NCBI RefSeq assembly: GCF_006345805.1
Contig: NW_021829819.1
Span: 1-5,856 of the forward strand
Reading direction: 5' to 3'
DNA length: 5,856 nt
Source of the DNA: Octopus sinensis
Taxonomy: Eukaryota
Shown here: in pieces, positions 1 to 5,856 of the stretch
Numbering within the stretch: the stretch's first letter is position 1
Layout: each line of letters begins with the position of its first letter
The notes under the pieces: model-generated
Database searches by the model: none
What the model saw: only the letters and a program-made list of their open reading frames with translations
Told to the model about the DNA's origin: nothing
Made by a program: the position numbers and the translations under genes

Positions 1-317
1 TGCACTTCCTGTAGGGATGGTAAGCCGGAATCATTTTCAAATAGGTTCAGTACCTTTTTCTTATCATTCCTAGAGATCCTACAATCACTGGTATGTAGTC
101 GCCCTTGGATGCCACTTTTTTTTCAATTCTATTAGCAGGTCTTTATATTTTACTAATCTTGTCAAATTCTTTCTTTCGCCGCTATATTGTGATCACAGGG
201 AATACTCATGTCAATTAATAAGCACATCCTTTTTATTTGATCTTTTATAATAATATCCGGCTTATTGGTTTTTATAGTCCTGTGGGTCTGCACGGGGAAA
301 TCCCATAGAATCGACAC
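1..317 (-). mobile_element. 5'-truncated, frameshifted R4/Dong-clade non-LTR retrotransposon fragment (C-terminal restriction-like endonuclease domain); continues past the window edge
   Basis: Minus strand reads VSILWDFPVQTHRTIKTNKPDIIIKDQIKRMCLLIDMSIPCDHNIAAKE. Across frameshifts it continues FDKISK/YKDLLIELKKKWHPRAT/IPVIVGSLGMI/GTE/YLKMI/GLPSLQEV. The motifs WD..(R/K)PD..ID..P.D.N...KE..K..KY..L...W....PV.VG.LG are the PD-(D/E)xK endonuclease signature of R4/Dong/Rex6-type LINEs. The 5' break abuts a (TAA)n tract. Confidence 0.85.
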
Positions 318-376
318 ATTATTATTATTATTATTATTAGTATTATCATTATTATTATCATTATTATTATTATTTT

Positions 377-433
<57 letters not shown>
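318..433. repeat. (TTA/TAA)n microsatellite, about 38 units with a few interruptions
   Basis: Directly visible; source of the poly-I, poly-N and poly-L ORFs. Confidence 0.97.
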
Positions 434-435
<2 letters not shown>

Positions 436-626
436 TTTTTTTCTTCTTTCAAATTTGCTTCCATTTCTTGCCGAGCGTCTTCCCGACCCCTAGGGCAAAG
501 AAACTCATAGTATACATTGGTAGGCCATTAAACCAAACTCAATAGTTCGTTCATGTTTTTTTTTAAGGTTAAATTAAAATACATGGGGAGTAACAGCTCT
601 CACAGCGACAATGCTCTTCTCACTAC
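434..626 (-). mobile_element. Second, more truncated copy of an R4/Dong-type element: last ORF codons, 3' UTR and A-tail
   Basis: Minus strand from 626 reads GTA GTG AGA AGA GCA TTG TCG CTG TGA (VVRRALSL*, stop at 600-602), which resembles the '...HILRRALS*' end of R4-type ORFs. About 157 nt of UTR follow, ending GCAAATTTGAAAGAAG, then A9 (434-442), then (TAA)n. (TAA)n lies on both sides. Confidence 0.6.
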
Positions 627-641
627 TTATTATTATTATTA
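627..641. repeat. (TTA)5 microsatellite, the 5' flank of the truncated element
   Basis: ttattattattatta. Confidence 0.9.
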
Positions 642-660
642 TGGTGATGGTAATGATGGA

Positions 661-866
661 GGCGGCGAGCTGGCAGAATCGTTAGGAAGCTTGCAAAATG
701 CTTAGCGGCATTTCGTTCGTCTTTCCGTTCTGATTTCAAATTCCGACTTTACCTTTCATCCTTTCGGAGTCCATAAAATAAGTACCAGTTGAGCACTGGG
801 GCCGATGTAATCAACTTACTCCTTCCCCTGAACTTTCTGGCCTGGAGCCAAAATTTGAAATCAATA
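661..866 (+). mobile_element. tRNA-derived SINE (Octopus-type; central domain resembles the Meta/Sauria-like conserved domain)
   Basis: Starts GGCGGCGAGC. Pol III A box TGGCAGAATCG (671-681) and mutated B box TTTCAAATTCC (734-744). Body CCTTTCATCCTTTCGGAGTCCATAAAATAAGTACCAGTTGAGCACTGGGG; tail CCAAAATTTGAAA. Family recognised from memory only. Confidence 0.82.
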
Positions 867-1003
867 TATCCAAGGGATCAGAAACCATTACGTCATCTTT
901 AAAATAACTTAACTTCTACACACTACGAAAGTACCCTTAAGATTCTCTAGTCACCACACCCCAACAACACCCTTAATAATTCTTCGTCAGTATCAGTAGC
1001 AGT

Positions 1004-1068
1004 AACAACAGCAACAACAACACAACAACAACAACAACAACAACAAGAACAACAACAACAGCAACAAT
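1004..1068. repeat. (CAA)n microsatellite
   Basis: Directly visible; gives the poly-Cys/Val ORF 947..1132. Confidence 0.95.
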
Positions 1069-1091
1069 TATAACAGCAATAATGATAGTAT

Positions 1092-1388
1092 CTTGTAGTC
1101 CGAGAAACATGGTTTTGGAAATTCTTGTTCAACTACCTGTACGAATGATTCGTTTATAGTGATCAAATGATGGTGGCGCGCATTATCTTAGTCTCTCCAT
1201 CAAATTGATGTTGTCTGAACAGGTGCAAGGTGTACCATGTGTCAGGTGTTGAAGTGATTGTAGAGCAATTTGAAATGAAGTGTTTTGTTCAAAAATACAA
1301 CGCACCACCCGGTCTAGGAATTGAACCCACGCTCTGGCAATCGTAAGTGCAACACCCTAACCACTAGGCCTAGGTCATGTACCCTCAC
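1092..1388 (-). mobile_element. tRNA-derived CORE-type SINE (3' boundary approximate)
   Basis: Minus strand has A box GGCCTAGTGG (1361-1370) and a perfect B box GGTTCAATTCC (1317-1327). A CORE-like block follows, GTTGTATTTTTGAACAAAACACTTCATTTCAAATTGCTC (1263-1301; compare TGTGTCCTTGAGCAAGACACTT). There is a 6-bp near-duplication (acctag/gcctag) at the head. Confidence 0.8.
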
Positions 1389-1575
1389 ACAACAACGGTA
1401 GCAATACGTATTCTGCGTATGAGATGGCGATCATAACGCAAACATTAAAAACCAGTCTTAAAGGTAGGTTGCACCTTGTCTAAAGATGTCACACAACGCT
1501 ACCCTTCAAATACCCCGACTAAAATGCTTTGTTACCCTCACCAGCAGCACTGCTAACATCACCCCAACCATCACC

Positions 1576-1890
1576 ACCACCACCGCTACTACCACCATCG
1601 CTATTAACACCACCGCTACTAACACCACCGCTACTAACACCACCGCTACTAACACCACCGCTACTAACACCACCGCTACTACCACCACCGCTACAACCAC
1701 CACCGCTACTAACACCACCGCTACTACCACCACCGCTACTACCACCACCGCCACAACCACTACCGCTACTAACACCACTGCTACTACCACCACCGTTACT
1801 ACCACCACAGCTACTACCACCACCGATACTACCACCACCGCTACTACCACCACCGATACTAACACCACCGATACTACCACCACCGCTACC
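1576..1890. repeat. 15-bp minisatellite, 21 units, consensus A(C/A)CACCACCGCTACT
   Basis: Exact 15-bp phase with no indels across 315 bp; five identical AACACCACCGCTACT units at 1606-1680. Confidence 0.95.
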
Positions 1891-2025
1891 ACTACCACCA
1901 CCACCACCACAACCTCGATCATCAGAAACATCATCACGATAATCATCACCATCACCGCCATCACTACCATCACCATCACTGTCATCACCACCACCACTAC
2001 CACTACCACTACAGCCCCCACCATC
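1891..2025. repeat. Degenerate (ACC/ATC/ACT)n trinucleotide repeat
   Basis: Directly visible. Confidence 0.9.
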
Positions 2026-2360
2026 TGAAGAACCCTGACTACGTCACATTCACAACAAAATCATAAAAGCGCTCTTGTTAAACACTCACTACAACCGAAA
2101 CTTTTGACAACTTATGGTGAACACACAACACAAACACTCACTACATAGGTGGCGTTGTTGTAGCATTACGTGTTGTGGCAATACCTCACAACCTCACCTC
2201 AAAAGTACCCAGGGTACAATACCGCACCGCTCCACGCCATACAACACAATTATCGATTATACCGGAGGTGAAATCACTTCCCACCCCTTACATGTCATTC
2301 CGGTGAGAAATTCAAGAAAAGATGAAAAAAACCGAAAGAATTAATTGAATGAAATTAGGA

Positions 2361-2720
2361 AGACGACGAAGATGGTGATGAGGATGATGACGATGATGGT
2401 GGTAGTTATAGTGATGATGGTGGTCGTGGTAGTGGTGGTGGTGATGATGATGATGATGATGGTGAAGGTGATGATGATGGTAGTGGAGATGATGGTGATG
2501 ATGATAATGACGGTAATGATGGTGACGATGGTAGTGGTGGTAGTGGTGATGATGATGACGATGATGATGGTATGGTGATGATGATGGTGGTGGAGATGAT
2601 GATGAAGATGACGATGGTGGTAGGTATGGTGATGGTGATGATGGTGGTGGTGGTGGAGATGATGATGATGATAATAATGATGACGGTAATGTTAATGATG
2701 ATGATGGTGATGATGGTGAG
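2361..2720. repeat. Degenerate (GAT/GGT)n trinucleotide repeat
   Basis: Directly visible; yields the poly-M/V, poly-H and poly-S/P ORFs. Confidence 0.92.
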
Positions 2721-2780
2721 GACAATATCCTCTTCCTAGCAAACACACTTTAGTACGCACGTACAAGCATGCATACACAC

Positions 2781-3100
2781 GATATGATGACGATGGCGAC
2801 GGTTGCCATGATGATGCTGACAGCGGTGACGACGAGGATGAAGAGAAAGACGATGACAATCAAAATGATGATTACGACGATGAGTATGATGATGATGTTG
2901 GTGGTGGTGGTGAATAATAATGATGATGATGATGGTGATTATGATGGCGACGATAACCATAATGATGATGGAGATGATGATACTGATGAAGAGTTAAGAA
3001 TGGTGCTGCTGCTTCTGCGCTGCTGCTTATATCGGTGATATTAATGATGCTGATGATGATGATGACGACGACGACGACGAAGGCAACGATAACGATCATG
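2781..3100. repeat. Degenerate (GAT/GAC)n trinucleotide repeat
   Basis: Directly visible. Confidence 0.88.
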
Positions 3101-3109
3101 ACTATTGTT

Positions 3110-3191
3110 CATAATAATAATAATAATTATAATAATAATAACAACAACAACGACAACAACAACAACAACAACAATAATAATAATAATAACA

Positions 3192-3235
<44 letters not shown>

Positions 3236-3293
3236 CATAATAATAATAACAACAACAACGACAACAACAACAACAACAATAATAATAATAACA

Positions 3294-3354
<61 letters not shown>

Positions 3355-3363
3355 TAATCATAA
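3110..3363. repeat. Compound (AAT)n/(AAC)n microsatellite with an internal duplication of about 110 bp
   Basis: Two units (3128-3235 and 3236-3352) share the same order of interruptions. Confidence 0.95.
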
Positions 3364-3690
3364 TGAAAAATAATTATAACAATATTGTAACAACAAATAC
3401 AGAAATAACAAAAATTATGGTCATAACAATATTCATAATGATAATAATGATACTAATGATAATAACAATAACCGTAAGAATGTTGATGATAATGATGATG
3501 ATGATGATAAAATGATAATCATAATAGTAATAATACTAATATTTCTACGACTAATAATAATAATAATAGTAACAATAATAAATAATAATAAAATTATGGA
3601 CAATAATGAAAACATAAAACAAACAAACAAAAATGCAAAAAAACAAAAACAAAACAAAAACAAAAACAATAATTACAACAAAAATAATAC
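3364..3690. repeat. Degenerate (AAT/GAT)n grading into (AAAC/AAAAC/AAAAAC)n
   Basis: Directly visible. Confidence 0.85.
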
Positions 3691-3875
3691 TGATGTTTAA
3701 AATTCGAAAGATGAAAAATTTAATTTTTGATGAATTTTAAGGATGGACTTTAAAAGCGTTCGATTAATTTATAATAATTGAGAAAACGCAAGAAAGAAAA
3801 AAAAATATTAATAAATAAAAAAAAAAAAACGTTTAGTTTCATTTCAGGGTTTAAATTGAATTCAAATAAATAACA

Positions 3876-4165
3876 CGTGCGCATACCTCTACCCCCACAC
3901 AAACGCACATATACAAACACTCATAAACATTCAGAAACACATATGTGTTTCTGCATGTGTGTGAGTCTGTATATATGTATGTGCATGCGCATGAAAATAT
4001 GCCAATGTGTGTATTCACATTAGGAATTTTTTAATGGGTGCGAATCAAATATATATATATATGTATGTATATGTGAATGTGTATTTATGTATATGTACAC
4101 ACGCACTCTTACATGTGTTTATATTCATATTTGTGTAGATATTTGCTTGGCATGTATAAAATCTG
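3876..4165. repeat. Degenerate alternating purine-pyrimidine (CA/TG/TA) low-complexity tract
   Basis: acacgtgcgcatac..., atgtatgtgcatgcgcatg, and (AT)7 at 4049-4062. Confidence 0.75.
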
Positions 4166-4283
4166 TAAATTATGTCTATCTTGTACATGACAAGCAGAAA
4201 ATAGATTTTACACACTTTTAAATATTGTAGTGTGTTGAGCACTTTTATGCTGGCACTGGAACCAACAAAATGATAACATCATG

Positions 4284-4293
4284 ATATATATAT

Positions 4294-4347
<54 letters not shown>

Positions 4348-4397
4348 CATATATATTAGATATATATAATATATATATAAATAGATATACATATATA
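4284..4397. repeat. (TA)n microsatellite
   Basis: Directly visible. Confidence 0.96.
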
Positions 4398-4522
4398 GTT
4401 AAAAATAGGATAAAATCTTTATACGAATTTATCAAGTAGTTAGCGTGAAAATCCTCATAAGGGAAAAATTTATTAATTATTCCCTTTAAATATATTTATC
4501 TATATTAAATGCATTTCTATAC

Positions 4523-4573
4523 ATAAATACCTCACGCTAGGAGAGTCTGTTATTCCTAGTGTGAGGCATTTAT
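4523..4573. repeat. Inverted repeat with 20-bp arms (18/20 match) and an 11-nt loop
   Basis: ATAAATACCTCACGCTAGGA (4523-4542) / TCCTAGTGTGAGGCATTTAT (4554-4573). Confidence 0.9.
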
Positions 4574-4588
4574 ATATATATATATATA
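4571..4588. repeat. (TA)9 microsatellite
   Basis: Directly visible. Confidence 0.95.
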
Positions 4589-4709
4589 AATGAGAAGGGA
4601 ATCATAATTGCCAAATGATAATTAAGACCAGCTTCAGTTAAGAACCAATCAATAATCAAGAATCTTCCAAAATTGACATGCCGTTAAGGAAACGCAGAAG
4701 TAAGAGAAC

Positions 4710-4763
4710 AGACATGGGTACGCGTTTCTGCCTTAATAGCTGTCATCAGCATCGCAATTGTCT
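4710..4763 (-). ncRNA. Type I hammerhead ribozyme-like motif with intact core and imperfect stems
   Basis: Minus RNA: AGACAAUUGCGAUG-CUGAUGA-CAGCUAUUAAGGCA-GAAACGCGUA-CCCAUGUCU. Core CUGAUGA (4743-4749), GAAA, palindromic stem III ACGCGU, GUA triplet (site 4719/4718), stem II GCU/GGC, distal stem I AGACA/UGUCU. Confidence 0.55.
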
Positions 4764-5141
4764 CACCTTGTTAATAGTAGCCAAGAGACGTTGAACTTTT
4801 ACAAAAGAGAAGAGCAAAAGTTTATCGCCCAGGTAATATACACAATTTAAACAAAATTATATTAAATTAGAGATCAAACCACTATTAGGCAAATCAAACA
4901 ATGAAAAACATAAGCCAATACATAAAGTTAATTAATTTATATTATTTTAAATATATATCAAAAGTATTAAAAATTTAATAAAAGATAAATATATATATCC
5001 ATCTATTTAGTAGTAAGAGAGATAAACACAGTTAGGCTTGATACATATCTTTTTACGTGGAGCACCACACATATAAAGATTATATAAAATATAACATAGT
5101 AAAAATACAGAAAAGTGAATATGGAGACAAATTAAATAATG

Positions 5142-5242
5142 CCTTATCTCAACGGCTGTTTCAAGAAGCCAAGAGTTATATAATACCCATAATTAACGGG
5201 TGATACGCGCAAAATTTCATAGGTTTCTCGTCACCGACAAGA
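5142..5242 (-). ncRNA. Degenerate type I hammerhead-like motif with an extended stem II
   Basis: Minus RNA: UCUUGUCG-GUGACGA-[65-nt hairpin GAAACC...ACCCGU UAAUU AUGGGU...GGCUUCUU]-GAAACAGCCGUU-GAGAUAAGG. Core GUGACGA is CUGANGA with C3 changed to G; stem I UCUUGUC/GAUAAGG. Confidence 0.4.
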
Positions 5243-5310
5243 TCACATGAATCTTTACAGGAAGTCAGGCCTCCTTTTTCCAGGGAAGTTTGGCAAGTAC
5301 CCCACGTTTT

Positions 5311-5506
5311 TGTATGCACACATGCATATAAGCACACACTTATGCATATATACGCACACGTGCACGCATGCGGACAGATCTTTCAGAGAATATTCATAAA
5401 ATATACAATATGTTAGATTTTTGAATGTTATACGTTTGTGCGTGGGTGAGAGAGTACGTGTCAAACAAATACGTGTATATGTAATTGTACAACTACATCG
5501 CATGCG
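5311..5506. repeat. Degenerate alternating purine-pyrimidine tract
   Basis: tgtatgcacacatgcatata..., acgcacacgtgcacgcatgc. Confidence 0.7.
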
Positions 5507-5531
5507 CCTAGATATTACTTAAAACCAAACG

Positions 5532-5533
<2 letters not shown>

Positions 5534-5598
<65 letters not shown>

Positions 5599-5709
5599 AT
5601 ACATATATATATCCATATATATATATATACTTATACATATACATATATATAAATACAATATAAGATATAATATATTAATATATATGTGTGTGTGTGTGTG
5701 TGTGCGTGT
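5534..5709. repeat. (TA)n tract, degenerate distally, followed by (TG)n at 5685-5709
   Basis: Directly visible. Confidence 0.95.
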
Positions 5710-5856
5710 CTATGTATATATATCCATATTAGATAAATACACACGCATACACTAACATATACGTATTGATTAACTATATTGATGAATGTATTTGTCACTC
5801 GTGTGTTTCTTTCTGTAAGAATATATCTTATTTATGTATACGTAGGAAGCTCTTCA

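Larger units (their letters stand above)
4398..5300 (-). mobile_element. Putative Penelope-like retroelement or retrozyme-like remnant in (TA)n context (possibly several pieces; boundaries approximate)
   Basis: Higher-complexity island between dinucleotide tracts, with two same-strand type I hammerhead-like motifs carrying short (near-)palindromic stem III sequences and several hairpins. No recognisable RT or GIY-YIG ORF. Confidence 0.4.

Noticed and set aside
162-464. 100-aa ORF as a real gene
   Set aside because: It is chimeric: the ATG lies in the putative 3' UTR of one retrotransposon copy and reads through (AAT)n into the endonuclease fragment of the next.
265-510. Poly-Leu/Ile membrane-like ORF
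   Set aside because: Translation of (TTA)n, antisense to the retrotransposon pieces.
947-1132. Cys-rich, metallothionein-like ORF
   Set aside because: Poly-Cys comes from (TGT)n; the start is non-ATG and lies within the SINE tail.
1305-1388. tRNA gene
   Set aside because: A and B boxes are present, but there is no intact cloverleaf and the sequence continues into a CORE-like SINE body.
1576-1890. CRISPR-like array
   Set aside because: Head-to-tail 15-mers with no unique spacers, in a eukaryotic context.
1506-2024. Poly-Val and poly-Pro (1529..1942) ORFs
   Set aside because: Alternative frames of the same stop-free repeat.
2114-2344. 76-aa ORF in the unique spacer
   Set aside because: No recognisable motif; the length is compatible with chance.
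2312-3700. His-, Met-, Asp-, Asn- and Ile-rich ORFs
   Set aside because: Overlapping ORFs in multiple frames on both strands, all explained by trinucleotide repeats with frame slips.
4045-4242. 65-aa ORF, and the similar 82-aa ORF at 5255..5503
   Set aside because: The C/V/Y/H/T/I composition is typical of translated dinucleotide repeats.
5205-5300. Possible decayed Penelope GIY-YIG C-terminus (CQTSLEK...SCR*R) upstream of the long hammerhead
   Set aside because: It needs frameshifts and stops, and the spacing is too short for the CxxC..EK..LN.R.E..CRH motif; too weak to call.

Overview
AT-rich, repeat-dense, non-coding eukaryotic DNA. From recall of the SINE families and the microsatellite load it is most likely a cephalopod (Octopus-like) intron or intergenic region; this is not database-verified. 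No intact host gene is supported, and nearly all ORFs in the track are translations of trinucleotide microsatellites. The window contains: (i) two tandem 5'-truncated R4/Dong-type non-LTR retrotransposon pieces on the minus strand, embedded in (TAA)n tracts (1-641); (ii) two convergent tRNA-derived SINEs (661-866 +, about 1092-1388 -); (iii) a 21 x 15-bp minisatellite and about 2 kb of degenerate trinucleotide repeats; (iv) a (TA)n-associated AT-rich segment (about 4398-5300) carrying two minus-strand type I hammerhead-ribozyme-like motifs and strong hairpins, which suggests a Penelope-like or retrozyme-like remnant. The hammerhead-like pair is the most interesting signal, although both copies look partly degenerate.
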